Shown here: positions 28,975-39,408 of the stretch, piece by piece | How positions within the stretch are numbered: position 1 is the stretch's first letter | Layout of the letters: each line of letters begins with the position of its first letter | NCBI GenBank assembly: GCA_965205025.1 | Contig: CBDBFU010000014.1 | Location: forward strand, 384,001-448,000 | From: Candidatus Poribacteria bacterium | Lineage (GTDB): Bacteria > Poribacteria > WGA-4E > WGA-3G | Direction of reading: 5' to 3' | Length of the DNA stretch: 64,000 bases | Notes under the pieces: generated by a model | What the model was told of the DNA's origin: nothing | The model's input: only the letters and a program-made list of their open reading frames with translations | Databases searched by the model: none | Position numbers and translations under genes: made by a program

Positions 28975-31632
28975 ATGAAAAATCTTCCAAAGATCTACGA
29001 CCCTCAAGATATAGAGGGTAAATGGTATCAATTTTGGGAAGAGAAAAGATATTTTCACGCTGAATCTATATCAGATAAACCTTCCTATACAATAGTTATC
29101 CCACCACCCAATATTACAGGTATCCTACACGTAGGACACGCCTTAAATAATACACTCCAGGATTGTCTCATTCGATGGCATCGTATGAATGGCTTCAACG
29201 TTCTTTGGTTACCTGGTACAGATCATGCAGGTATTTACACAGAATTAATTATGGAGCGAAAACTCGCTGAAGAAGGTACAAGCAGAAATGAACTCGGACG
29301 AGATGAGTTCATTAATCGAATGTGGCAGTGGAAGTCTGAATCTGCTGGTTATATTGTTTCACAATTACAGCAACTCGGATGTTCTTGCGACTGGGAACGA
29401 GGACGTTTTACACTCGATGAAGGATTGTCTAAAGCAGTTAAAACAGCTTTTGTAAAACTATATGAGCAGGATCTCATATACCAAGATACATATATGGTCA
29501 ATTGGTGTCCACACTGTGATACTGCTGTCAGCAACCTTGAGGTAGAACAGATCGAAATTGATGGTAATTTCTATCATATACAATATCCTGTGGTAGATTC
29601 TGACATATTGCTTGAAATAGCAACCACACGGCCAGAGACTATGTTAGGGGATACTGCAGTAGCCGTTCATCCTGAGGATCAACGGTATCAACATCTCATT
29701 GGAAAGACTGTATGTCTTCCTTTATCGAATAGAGAAGTGCCTATTATTTCAGATTCGTATGTTGACATGGAATTTGGCACTGGTGCACTAAAGGTTACAC
29801 CCGCACATGATGTAAACGATTATGAAATAGGTCTGAGACATAATCTTGAACAACGTGTCATTTTTACTACAGATGGATATATGAATGAGGATGCTGGTCA
29901 AGAATATACCGGTTTGTCACGTTTTGATTGTCGTCAAAAAGTAGTTGAGGATTTAGAGAAGTTAGATTATCTGGTTAAGATTACTCCTCATCCACACGCG
30001 GTCGGACATCATGACAGATGTGGTACAATTATTGAACCAACTATTTCTCCACAATGGTATATGAATGTTAAACCACTTGCACAACGAGCAATCGAAGCAA
30101 CTAAAAATGGTGATGTAAAATTTATTCCTGAACGAGAGACTAAGCGGTTTTTACATTGGATGGAGAATATTGAACCATGGCCTATTTCACGGCAGAGATG
30201 GTGGGGACACAGACTACCAATCTGGTTTTGTAAGGCATGTGAAAAATCTACAGCAGCAATGGATAAACCTAAAAAATGTGAATGTGGAGGAACTGAATTC
30301 CGTCAGGAAGAAGACGTCTTAGATACCTGGTTCAGTTCAGGATTATGGCCCTTCTCTACTATGGGGTGGCCCCAGAAGACCGATGAGTTGCAGACGTTCT
30401 ATCCAACTTCTGTTCTTGTTACAGGATGGGACATACTCTTTTTCTGGGTAGCAAGGATGATTATGTTTGGACTAGCATGTACGGATGAAGTGCCATTCAA
30501 AACTGTATATCTTCATGGACTTGTAGCTGATGAAAAAGGACAAAAAATGAGCAAATCCAAAGGGAATGCTATTGATCCTTTGGAGACTATAAAAAAATAT
30601 GGTACAGATGCTTTCCGGTTTGCACTCGTAAATGCAAATACTCCAATTCCTTATGTTCCTTTACCTGAATCACAAATTGAATCTGGCAGGAGATTTACAA
30701 ACAAGATATGGAATGCTGCTCGATTTATACTCATGAATTTGGAAAAATACCCACTACCAAGTGAAAATTTGGATTCCTTTGATGAAGATTTCCTTGAAGT
30801 TAAATGGATCAAGAGTAGAATTGCTCAAACTATAAATTCAGCCACAGATGCATTTGAGAACTATAGATTTCATGAATTAGCACAAACTCTCTATGCATTT
30901 CTATGGCATGAATTCTGCGATTGGTACTTGGAGTTTGTTAAGCAACGGATTGCAAACAATCAACCGTACGCCTTATGGATAGCAGTAGTTGTATTAGAGC
31001 AAACAATGAGACTACTACATCCTGTAATGCCATTTCTAACTGAGGAAATATGGCAACAGTTACCAAAAGATAGTGATGAAAACGGTAGGAACATTAAACC
31101 ATCGGTAACAGTAGCTGAATGGCCAAAATCTGATATTGAAGATACTAATACAGAGGAAACAATGAACACTCTAATGAATGTGATTGATAACATTAGAAGT
31201 ATTCGAGGCGAATTAAATGTTCCTAATGGAGCATCAATTGATGTACATATACAGTCTCCTGATCCAATTGTTAGAAATCACCTTGATTCATATCTTAATC
31301 AGTATTTGCCTGCTTTTACCCGAGTAAACGACATTGTAATATCTGAGTCTTTACCTAAACCAAAAGCATCCGCAGAAGCTGTCATTGGGGATCTTGCAAT
31401 CTACATTCCACTTGAGGGTGTGATTGATCTCGATGAAGAAAAAACACGATTGTCTAAACGCTATCAACAGATTCAAAAAGATATCAAGGCTGCCCAAAAG
31501 ACTTTAGAAAATCCACAGTTTATCGAACGAGCACCTGAAAACGTTGTTCAACAGAAAAAGGACTTAGTTGACAGGCTGTCAACAGAACAGGATAAATTAG
31601 AACGGAGTCTTGCTATGTTAGATACTTCCTAA
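28975..31632 (+). CDS. valS: Valine--tRNA ligase
   Basis: PPPNITGILHVGHA, ATTRPETMLGDTAV, ISRQRWWGH, KMSKSKGN, C-terminal coiled coil. Confidence 0.98.
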   Translation: MKNLPKIYDPQDIEGKWYQFWEEKRYFHAESISDKPSYTIVIPPPNITGILHVGHALNNTLQDCLIRWHRMNGFNVLWLPGTDHAGIYTELIMERKLAEEGTSRNELGRDEFINRMWQWKSESAGYIVSQLQQLGCSCDWERGRFTLDEGLSKAVKTAFVKLYEQDLIYQDTYMVNWCPHCDTAVSNLEVEQIEIDGNFYHIQYPVVDSDILLEIATTRPETMLGDTAVAVHPEDQRYQHLIGKTVCLPLSNREVPIISDSYVDMEFGTGALKVTPAHDVNDYEIGLRHNLEQRVIFTTDGYMNEDAGQEYTGLSRFDCRQKVVEDLEKLDYLVKITPHPHAVGHHDRCGTIIEPTISPQWYMNVKPLAQRAIEATKNGDVKFIPERETKRFLHWMENIEPWPISRQRWWGHRLPIWFCKACEKSTAAMDKPKKCECGGTEFRQEEDVLDTWFSSGLWPFSTMGWPQKTDELQTFYPTSVLVTGWDILFFWVARMIMFGLACTDEVPFKTVYLHGLVADEKGQKMSKSKGNAIDPLETIKKYGTDAFRFALVNANTPIPYVPLPESQIESGRRFTNKIWNAARFILMNLEKYPLPSENLDSFDEDFLEVKWIKSRIAQTINSATDAFENYRFHELAQTLYAFLWHEFCDWYLEFVKQRIANNQPYALWIAVVVLEQTMRLLHPVMPFLTEEIWQQLPKDSDENGRNIKPSVTVAEWPKSDIEDTNTEETMNTLMNVIDNIRSIRGELNVPNGASIDVHIQSPDPIVRNHLDSYLNQYLPAFTRVNDIVISESLPKPKASAEAVIGDLAIYIPLEGVIDLDEEKTRLSKRYQQIQKDIKAAQKTLENPQFIERAPENVVQQKKDLVDRLSTEQDKLERSLAMLDTS

Positions 31633-31715
31633 TATAATCGTCTATGTATTCGTGTATTTTCACAAGAGATTTAGTGTACCTACAACACACTATTATAGTT
31701 TAAACAATTTAAGGT

Positions 31716-32156
31716 ATGGATGATATGGCTATAGAAGACAATAATAAGTGCTTTGTTTGCGGTGAAAATAATCCGTATGGATTTAAGGTCAAACCCCAAG
31801 TTCGAGATAGTGGGGCAGAAGTATTTATTGAATGCACTCCTCCTAATCACATGCAGGGTTGGGCGGGTATTCTTCATGGCGGAATTATCAGTACTCTATT
31901 AGATGAAGTTATTACACACATAGGTATAGAGTCATTTTCAGGTCCTGCGGTAACTGCTCAGCTTGAAGTTCGTTTTCGTAAGCCTGCTCCAACAGGAGTT
32001 AAACTCCTTGTTTCTGCTGAAAGAATTAAAATGTCTCGACGAATAATAGAGGCAACTGCAGTTGTTAAACTTACTGATAGCACTGTTATTGCTACAGGAT
32101 ACGGTAAAGTAATGCCTGTAAGTGACAGTTTCGCTCCAACCGATAATACTGTATAA
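31716..32156 (+). CDS. PaaI family thioesterase
   Basis: CFVCGENNP.G, QGWAGILHGGIISTLLDE, VTAQLEVRFRKP. Confidence 0.88.
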   Translation: MDDMAIEDNNKCFVCGENNPYGFKVKPQVRDSGAEVFIECTPPNHMQGWAGILHGGIISTLLDEVITHIGIESFSGPAVTAQLEVRFRKPAPTGVKLLVSAERIKMSRRIIEATAVVKLTDSTVIATGYGKVMPVSDSFAPTDNTV

Positions 32157-32181
32157 AATACCTCTAAGGTAATTAGTTTAT

Positions 32182-33855
32182 ATGGACATCGAAACAGATG
32201 ATTCTGTAGTGAAATCCAATGATCCCTCAAATTGGGATACAGATGTTCTAATTATTGGTAGTGGTGCTGCGGGATTGCGTGCTGCACTTGCTGCAAGTGA
32301 GTATGTAGAAGTTACACTTATCACAAAAACTACTCTCAAAGAAAGCAATTCTATATATGCGCAAGGTGGTATTGCTGTAGCAATGAACATTGATGACACT
32401 GTAGACCTACATGTAGAGGATACCTGTAAGGCTGGTTGGGGGTTATGTGATGTAAAGGCTGTAGAGACTATGGTATCTGAAGGTATCATTCGTGTCTCAG
32501 AATTAGTAGACTGGGGAGCAAACTTTGATTGGGAAGGAACGCTACCACGTTTCACTCAAGAGGCCGCCCATAGTCGTAAACGAATTGTTCATAAAGGAGA
32601 TGCAACCGGGAGAGAAACTACGGATGTTCTCATTCAAAGGGTTTTAAACAATGATCGGATCCGTGTCATTTCTAACACATTTGCAACAGATTTCATTACA
32701 TCCATAGAGAATAGTTCAAATGGTGAACAGAAAGTTTGTCATGGGATTTACGGAATTCTAAATGGTGAAATCAAGCACCTATTTGCTAAAGCTACTATTC
32801 TGGCTACTGGAGGACTCGGTAGAATTTACCCTTGTACTTCAAATCCAGAAGTAGCTACAGGGGATGGGTTTGCGGCTGCATGGCGTGCAGGATGTAATAT
32901 GATTGACATGGAATTTGTACAATTTCATCCAACCACCTTATATCTTGACAATGCACCAAGTTTTCTAATTTCGGAAGCAGTTCGGGGTGAAGGAGGGAAA
33001 CTTGTTAACATCATAGGGGAGCAATTTATGGACAAGTACCATGAAAATGGTGAACTTGCTCCGCGTGATGTAGTTAGTCGGGCTATTCAAAATGAGATGT
33101 GCCTAACTGGATTCCCGTGTGTTTACTTGGATATTACACATAAGTCTAAGGAATATATTATTGAAAGATTTCCAACAATTTATGAAACTACCAAGAAATA
33201 TGGATTGGACATCAGTATAGATTTAATTCCAGTTAGACCTGGGGCACATTTTATGATGGGTGGTGTACAAACCAATATTGAAACAGAGACGAATATTAAA
33301 GGTTTATATGCGTGTGGAGAAGTCGCTTGTACTGGGGTACATGGAGCAAATAGATTAGCAAGTAATTCTTTGTTAGAATGTCTGGTATATGGTGTTCGGG
33401 CTGGAGTTAATGCCGCAAAACACGCATCATCAATAAGGGCTTCAAATGAATCTGAAATAGATTTAGAACCTGATGACCATACTCAAAAAGTTACTATCGA
33501 ATCTGAATCAGATTTACAATCTGTGAAAGAAGCAATACGGGAGACATTATGGGAGAACGTGGCAATCGAACGGAGTGAAAAAGGTTTGGAAATTACATTG
33601 CAGGATTTAGAAATTATTGGAACAGAAATAGGATATCATCCAGCAACAACAAAATCTCCAATTACAAGCCACATTGAATATTATGAAACAATTAATATGC
33701 TTGTTACAGCATGGTTGATAACAAAAGCTGCACTCATTCGTACTGAAAGTCGTGGTGGACATTTCCGTTCTGATTATCCAGATCAAAATGATGATGACTG
33801 GTTAAATAGAGTTCTCTTGAATAAGGACTATGAACCAAAAATAGTGTGTTTATAG
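32182..33855 (+). CDS. nadB: L-aspartate oxidase
   Basis: IIGSGAAGL, SNSIYAQGGIA, EAAHS..RIVH.GDATG, QFHPT, LAPRDVVSR, GVHGANRLASNSLLE, ESRGGH.R. Confidence 0.95.
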   Translation: MDIETDDSVVKSNDPSNWDTDVLIIGSGAAGLRAALAASEYVEVTLITKTTLKESNSIYAQGGIAVAMNIDDTVDLHVEDTCKAGWGLCDVKAVETMVSEGIIRVSELVDWGANFDWEGTLPRFTQEAAHSRKRIVHKGDATGRETTDVLIQRVLNNDRIRVISNTFATDFITSIENSSNGEQKVCHGIYGILNGEIKHLFAKATILATGGLGRIYPCTSNPEVATGDGFAAAWRAGCNMIDMEFVQFHPTTLYLDNAPSFLISEAVRGEGGKLVNIIGEQFMDKYHENGELAPRDVVSRAIQNEMCLTGFPCVYLDITHKSKEYIIERFPTIYETTKKYGLDISIDLIPVRPGAHFMMGGVQTNIETETNIKGLYACGEVACTGVHGANRLASNSLLECLVYGVRAGVNAAKHASSIRASNESEIDLEPDDHTQKVTIESESDLQSVKEAIRETLWENVAIERSEKGLEITLQDLEIIGTEIGYHPATTKSPITSHIEYYETINMLVTAWLITKAALIRTESRGGHFRSDYPDQNDDDWLNRVLLNKDYEPKIVCL

Positions 33856-34183
33856 ATTCAATTTTGAATGGGATTATCAGTAAACCCCAATAAATAACAT
33901 ACTACTGAAAACCTAACTAATACCATTTCTGGTAATTTAGGTCTCATTAATAGAATCTCTTTAATGTAGCACAAACTTCCAGTTTGTGTAGTATTTCAAG
34001 ACATAAACATTACCTAATACCATTTCTAATTGAAAACATCTCTTTTTTGTACCACAAACTTTCAGTTTGTGACCTGAAATGACTACCATAATAACCACCT
34101 AATGAGACAATAATTTATAGAAATGGTATAATCATGGGAAAATCATTTATAGAAATAGTATAAGTATAAAGATCTTCTTGCAA

Positions 34184-34227
34184 TAAAAAAGTCAACAGGT
34201 GATTAGAAGAATTTACCTGTTGACTAT
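34184..34227 (-). terminator. Probable intrinsic terminator of the lytic transglycosylase gene
   Basis: Inverted repeat AGTCAACAGGT...ACCTGTTGACT with an A run on the + strand (U run on the - strand). Confidence 0.6.
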
Positions 34228-34244
34228 ATTTAATTGTGTTAAGA

Positions 34245-36491
34245 TTATTCAGAAAGGTTGACTAAGATAGGACTACTACTTTCTTGATTAGATTTATCAA
34301 AGGCAGAATTTACGGCTGGTGCTTCAGATTGACCATAGATTTCAATATAGTTATCATAACTATTGATAACCTTTTTGATATGTAAACGGGTCTCTCTGAT
34401 AGTAATCTTCTCAACGAATTCATCAATATCTTTTATCTGCTTTGACTCCAACCATCGTTTCATCCGTCCTGGTCCGCCGTTATATGCACCAGATACCAAC
34501 AAAGGATTGTTATCAAATAATGTATTTAGATAACCAATATACTTTGTTCCCATACGTATATTTATTTCAGGATCTTTTAACATGGAAGATCTAAATCTAC
34601 GGATTTTTAACTGTCGTGCAAGTTCTCTACCAGTAGATGGCATTATCTGCATTAAGCCAATAGCTCCTGCCCAACTAATTGCATCCCTACGGTATCTACT
34701 TTCTTCTAATATCATTGCAAATATTAAAGCCTTATCTACATTATATTGCTTAGAATATTTAGTGACAAATTTGTCATAGTGTTGAGGATAAAGCCACCGA
34801 CGAAGTTTCCCTAACTCCGAACTTGAATGTTGCTCAAAAGATGGAATATCAAGGACCATATCCGCTACCTCTCTGGCTTTGTCATACATTGCTAAGTTCT
34901 CATAGGACATAATTAATGCAAAAAAGCAGACCGGATCAGGATTCGGGGTCAATGATATATGTCTGTTTAATAGGTAAATAGCATCCTCATACAGCCTTAA
35001 TCCCATAAGTGGAAATACTTGTTCAGGACAAGCTTCCTGTACTGTCAACATAGCATCAGGAACTGCTTTTAGTACTAATTCTGAGTTTGTTATTCCTAAA
35101 ATAGCTTTGGCACGAGCACTATAATACCAATAGCGTGCCTTAGCAACTTCTGTAAATATTTTATGGGCAACTTCGGGTTGTTTTTGCCGTTCACGGATTT
35201 TTGCCATCCAAAAGTGCGCACCCATAGCATAACGATTATTAGGGAAGTTTTCTTTTAGTCCTTCAAATGCTTTATAACTTTCCTCATACTTCTTCTGATC
35301 AAAACGACGCCAACCAATACGCCAGGCAGCTAAGTCAGCATATTCTCCACCAGGATCAATTTCGATTAATCGTGAATAAGCATCTAATGCTAATTCTGTT
35401 TTCTCACGCTGTTCATAAATTTGGGCAATATCGTAAAGCGCATTGTCTGCCAATTCACTCCATGAATAGGTTTTCACGAAACGCTCAAGATGCTTAATTG
35501 CAGTTGTATGACTACCTTTTGCTCGATAGCATTGGGCAATTTGATAATATGCCCGGGTTAAATACTCAGTTTTATCACCAAGACTTACAACTGAGTTATA
35601 TTGTTTTAACGCAGTATTATACCATTTTCTACCATGGTTACTCTTCCCGATATAGTATAATGCTCGACCTTTTAGTCTTATGTTTGAATCTGTAGTAACA
35701 GGCATAAGTTCATTTATTGCTGATTTCCAACTACCCTGATAATAGTATACTAAACCACAGTTTAATCGATCAGCGACAGTACGTACTATTGATTTATGAC
35801 CATTATCAAGCATTATTAATTTTCCCAGAGCATCATCTGCTATTGAATCAGTTTGGTTTTCTGAGAGAAGTTTCTGATGTAATTTAAATGCTGTTGAATA
35901 TTGTTTCAATCCTTCTTCACATCTTGCCAAAGCATATGTCGCTCTTCTTTTATAATTGGGTTCATTTAAAATACCTAAAACGGTAGACTTAGCATCACTA
36001 TACTGTTTCTGATCAAGATATAGATTGGTCAGATTCCATTTTGCGTCGATTAAGTAGTGACTTTTCGGATAATCCTTTATCAATTCTGAGTACCAACTGA
36101 TTGCTTTTTCCTTATTATTCATTCTTTCGTATAGTTTAGCAAGTCGGAAAGCAGCACTATCTGCAAGGGGATACTTTTGTGTAATTGAGCGGACATAATT
36201 ACCTACTGCTTTAGGTCTATTCTTTAGTTTTTCATATAAATATCCAAGTGAATGATGGACTTCAAGTTTTTCTTCCTTAGTAATGTTTGAATTCTTTAAT
36301 ATTTCTAATTGTGATATAGCTTGTTTTAGATTTCCTTTGTCAATAGATGCAAAAGCATCCATCCATTGTTTACTTCGCCCCTCTTCTGCAAATGATATTG
36401 AATAGATGAATAGTATGGTAAATAGAAATATATATAATCCTATTCCTCTTTTGTGTTTTCTCAATGTATATACTTTAGCACAATATTGCAT
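34245..36491 (-). CDS. TPR-containing soluble lytic murein transglycosylase
   Basis: TPR array followed by SLT domain ILEES.Y..A.S.AGAIGLMQIMPST..YNGGPG..ETR.HIKKV. Confidence 0.9.
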   Translation of the reverse strand: MQYCAKVYTLRKHKRGIGLYIFLFTILFIYSISFAEEGRSKQWMDAFASIDKGNLKQAISQLEILKNSNITKEEKLEVHHSLGYLYEKLKNRPKAVGNYVRSITQKYPLADSAAFRLAKLYERMNNKEKAISWYSELIKDYPKSHYLIDAKWNLTNLYLDQKQYSDAKSTVLGILNEPNYKRRATYALARCEEGLKQYSTAFKLHQKLLSENQTDSIADDALGKLIMLDNGHKSIVRTVADRLNCGLVYYYQGSWKSAINELMPVTTDSNIRLKGRALYYIGKSNHGRKWYNTALKQYNSVVSLGDKTEYLTRAYYQIAQCYRAKGSHTTAIKHLERFVKTYSWSELADNALYDIAQIYEQREKTELALDAYSRLIEIDPGGEYADLAAWRIGWRRFDQKKYEESYKAFEGLKENFPNNRYAMGAHFWMAKIRERQKQPEVAHKIFTEVAKARYWYYSARAKAILGITNSELVLKAVPDAMLTVQEACPEQVFPLMGLRLYEDAIYLLNRHISLTPNPDPVCFFALIMSYENLAMYDKAREVADMVLDIPSFEQHSSSELGKLRRWLYPQHYDKFVTKYSKQYNVDKALIFAMILEESRYRRDAISWAGAIGLMQIMPSTGRELARQLKIRRFRSSMLKDPEINIRMGTKYIGYLNTLFDNNPLLVSGAYNGGPGRMKRWLESKQIKDIDEFVEKITIRETRLHIKKVINSYDNYIEIYGQSEAPAVNSAFDKSNQESSSPILVNLSE

Positions 36492-36566
36492 TTTGCTTTC
36501 TATTCTCCCGATAAAAAGTAAAATAATACAAACATATAATTATATCCGTAGCTATATTTGTTTAGT

Positions 36567-36620
36567 AAATTACTCTAACTCCCTATTGTAACGAAATTAC
36601 TCTAACATCCTATTGTAACG
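36567..36620 (+). repeat. 27-bp tandem duplication in a divergent promoter region
   Basis: AAATTACTCTAAC(TC/AT)CCTATTGTAACG twice. Confidence 0.8.
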
Positions 36621-36863
36621 ATAGTTTTAGACGAAAGACAACAGAATTAGTTGATATTACTGTAATTTACCTAAGTTCATGGTTATTCTGTTTCATCAGT
36701 ATGACTATAAATCTTTGAGTATAAATCTTAGAATTATCAGTAAATACACATTTCTTCTTATCTATTGTATCATTAAACATACTGAGGATTCTTGAAATTG
36801 TTGTCAGTATTCTATAATTATGGTATACTTTACAATCAATTAGGTGACACGGAGGATACCTCT

Positions 36864-37631
36864 ATGGAAATTGTTGCTCTCGGTAATACTGGTATAGATG
36901 TCTCACGACTTTCAATTGGTACTGGTTCAAACGGTTGGAATGGAAGATCAAATCAAACTGACTTAGGATTAGAAGCTTTTCGAGATCTACTCCTTTATTC
37001 ACACGAAAAAGGCGTTACATTTTGGGATTCTGCTGACCAGTATGGCAGTCATCAGCATATAAAAGAAGCCTTGAAGGAAGTTCCTCGAGAAAGTGTAACC
37101 ATCACATCAAAGACGGTGTCAAGGACTCGTGAAACTGTTGAAGAAGATATTAAACGGTTTCTAAAAGAAATTGATACGGATTATGTTGATATTGTCCTAC
37201 TACACTGCCTTACACAGGTTGATTGGCCAAGACGTTATCCTGATGCTATGGAAGCACTTTTAAGGTGTAAAGAACAAGGGCTAATTCGTGCCCACGGTGT
37301 TTCATGTCACGATTTTGGGGCATTTCAAACTTCCTCTATGACCGATTGGGTAGAGGTTGTTTTGGCAAGAATTAATCATTCCGGCGTACAAATGGATGCT
37401 TCTCCTGCTGATGTTATAAGAACAATGGAACATATGGCTAACGTTGGCAAAGGTATATATGGAATGAAAGTGTTGGGTATGGGTAAATTAGCCAAAGATT
37501 CAGAAAGCCAACGGGATGCAATTGAATTTGTAATGGAACTACCTTGTGTTCATGCAATGACTATCGGCATGACATCACAAGCAGAGGTCGATGCAAATGT
37601 AGCTGTTGTAAACGAATTATCTGATAAATAG
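36864..37631 (+). CDS. Aldo/keto reductase
   Basis: LGNTGIDVSRLSIGT, FWDSADQYG, TDYVDIVLLH, GLIRAHGVS; GGAGG RBS before ATG 36864. Confidence 0.9.
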   Translation: MEIVALGNTGIDVSRLSIGTGSNGWNGRSNQTDLGLEAFRDLLLYSHEKGVTFWDSADQYGSHQHIKEALKEVPRESVTITSKTVSRTRETVEEDIKRFLKEIDTDYVDIVLLHCLTQVDWPRRYPDAMEALLRCKEQGLIRAHGVSCHDFGAFQTSSMTDWVEVVLARINHSGVQMDASPADVIRTMEHMANVGKGIYGMKVLGMGKLAKDSESQRDAIEFVMELPCVHAMTIGMTSQAEVDANVAVVNELSDK

Positions 37632-37662
37632 AAGTAAAATAGTATCAATCGGATTTTGTATG

Positions 37663-37713
37663 TGCGCGAGATTCTCTACCAGTTATCTCTGAGTGGATTC
37701 TCGCGCAGTTTTT
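37663..37713 (+). terminator. Possible terminator hairpin after the AKR gene
   Basis: TGCGCGAGA...TCTCGCGCA followed by GTTTTT; the loop is long. Confidence 0.4.
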
Positions 37714-37744
37714 CGCTATACCTCCCTTAAATGAGAATATTCAC

Positions 37745-39190
37745 ATGGATAAATATGAAATAGTTATCGGTTTAGAAATACATGCTGAACTTTCCACAGA
37801 AAGTAAGTTATTCTGTAATTGTGCATACACATTTGGTTCGTCGGCAAACGACTGCACCTGTCCTATCTGTTTAGGATTACCTGGAACTCTTCCTGTAATC
37901 AATAAACGTGCTATAGAATATGCTATACGGGCTGGTTTAGCAATGAATTGTGAGATTACATCATATAGTAAATTTGACCGTAAAAACTATTTCTATCCAG
38001 ATTTACCTAAAAACTATCAAATATCACAATATGACCTACCATTATGTCAGAATGGAAAGGTCAAGTTTGAACTGAATGGAGAAACAAAAACTGTTGCCCT
38101 CCGTAGAATCCACCTTGAGGAGGATGCAGGGAAATCTATCCATGCAGAAGTAACGGGAGATCCCACACGGAGTTTTATGGATTTCAATCGTGCTGGTGTA
38201 CCACTCATGGAAATTGTGAGTGAACCAGAAATACACTCGCCTGAAGAAGCAATCGCCTACTGTCGTGCTGTTAAAGAGATCTTAGAATATATCGAAGTCA
38301 GCGATTGTAATATGGAGGAAGGGAGTTTACGATGTGAACCAAACATCTCTCTGCGTCCACGTGGCAGTCAAGAATTGGGTACACGAACAGAAATAAAAAA
38401 TAAGAACTCCTTTCAAGAGTTGATCGTAGCAATGGAATATGAGGTTAAACGACAGGCGCGAATACTTGACTCAGGTGGCAAGGTAGTACAAGAAACTCTG
38501 TTATTCGATGCGGAAACTGGGAAAACTGTAGCAATGCGTGGAAAAGAGGAAGCTGATGATTATCGTTATTTTCCTGAACCAGATCTTGTACACGTTCAAA
38601 TTGATGAAGAATGGATTGATGAAATACAACCTTCTCTTCCTGAACTTCCTGCTATCCGAAGAAAACGGTTTACCGATGATTACAATTTAACACATGAACA
38701 AGTGGAATTCCTTACCGCTACACGCCAAATTGCTGATTTCTTTGATGAAGCCACTCAATTGAGTGATAACCCTTCTATCTGTGCTAATTGGATAATGGGT
38801 GATATAAGTCGATTACTCAATAATGCTGAAATAGAAATACAAGATTCAAAACTTACGCCAAAACATCTAAATGAACTAATTCAACTAATCGAAGATAACA
38901 CAATTAGTGGAAAGATCGCAAAATCTGTCATAGATGAGGCATTTGAAACTGGCAAATTACCCAAACATATAGTCGACGAAAAAGGATTATCACAGATTTC
39001 TGATACATCCGAACTTGAAGCTATCGTGCAGAAAGTTATTGAAGATAATCCTGGACCGGCACAAGATTACAGAGATGGAACTAAAAAAGCAATTGGATTT
39101 CTCGTGGGGCAAGTGATGCGCGCAACACAAGGAAAAGCAAATCCACAAGCAGTAAATCAAATTTTGGTAAAAAACTTGTCTATTGAATAA
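37745..39190 (+). CDS. gatB: Asp-tRNA(Asn)/Glu-tRNA(Gln) amidotransferase subunit B
   Basis: IGLEIHAEL, FDRKNYFYPDLPKNYQISQ, IHLEEDAGK, YRYFPEPDL, GQVMRAT.GKANP. Confidence 0.98.
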   Translation: MDKYEIVIGLEIHAELSTESKLFCNCAYTFGSSANDCTCPICLGLPGTLPVINKRAIEYAIRAGLAMNCEITSYSKFDRKNYFYPDLPKNYQISQYDLPLCQNGKVKFELNGETKTVALRRIHLEEDAGKSIHAEVTGDPTRSFMDFNRAGVPLMEIVSEPEIHSPEEAIAYCRAVKEILEYIEVSDCNMEEGSLRCEPNISLRPRGSQELGTRTEIKNKNSFQELIVAMEYEVKRQARILDSGGKVVQETLLFDAETGKTVAMRGKEEADDYRYFPEPDLVHVQIDEEWIDEIQPSLPELPAIRRKRFTDDYNLTHEQVEFLTATRQIADFFDEATQLSDNPSICANWIMGDISRLLNNAEIEIQDSKLTPKHLNELIQLIEDNTISGKIAKSVIDEAFETGKLPKHIVDEKGLSQISDTSELEAIVQKVIEDNPGPAQDYRDGTKKAIGFLVGQVMRATQGKANPQAVNQILVKNLSIE

Positions 39191-39198
39191 GGTTACCA

Positions 39199-39408
39199 AT
39201 GAATATATCAGAGTTAAAAGAAAAACTAATTGTGGTTAATCAGATGGGTTATGTTGTATCAAAGCGGAAAGGTAACACAGGAATTGGATACACACTTGAA
39301 ACCTTGCTTGGTCTTAAGGAAAATAACCTAATAACACCTGATTTTGAAGATATTGAACTGAATTCAAATAGGAGAATTGTATCTAATTATAAGTTTCAGC
39401 GGTCTTAA
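39199..39408 (+). pseudogene. Truncated MvaI/BcnI-family type II restriction endonuclease
   Basis: GYVVSKRKGNTGIGYTLETLLGLKENN..PDF.DIELNS resembles the MvaI/BcnI N-terminus. Only 69 aa, and the expected E-x-K Lys reads Asn. Confidence 0.7.
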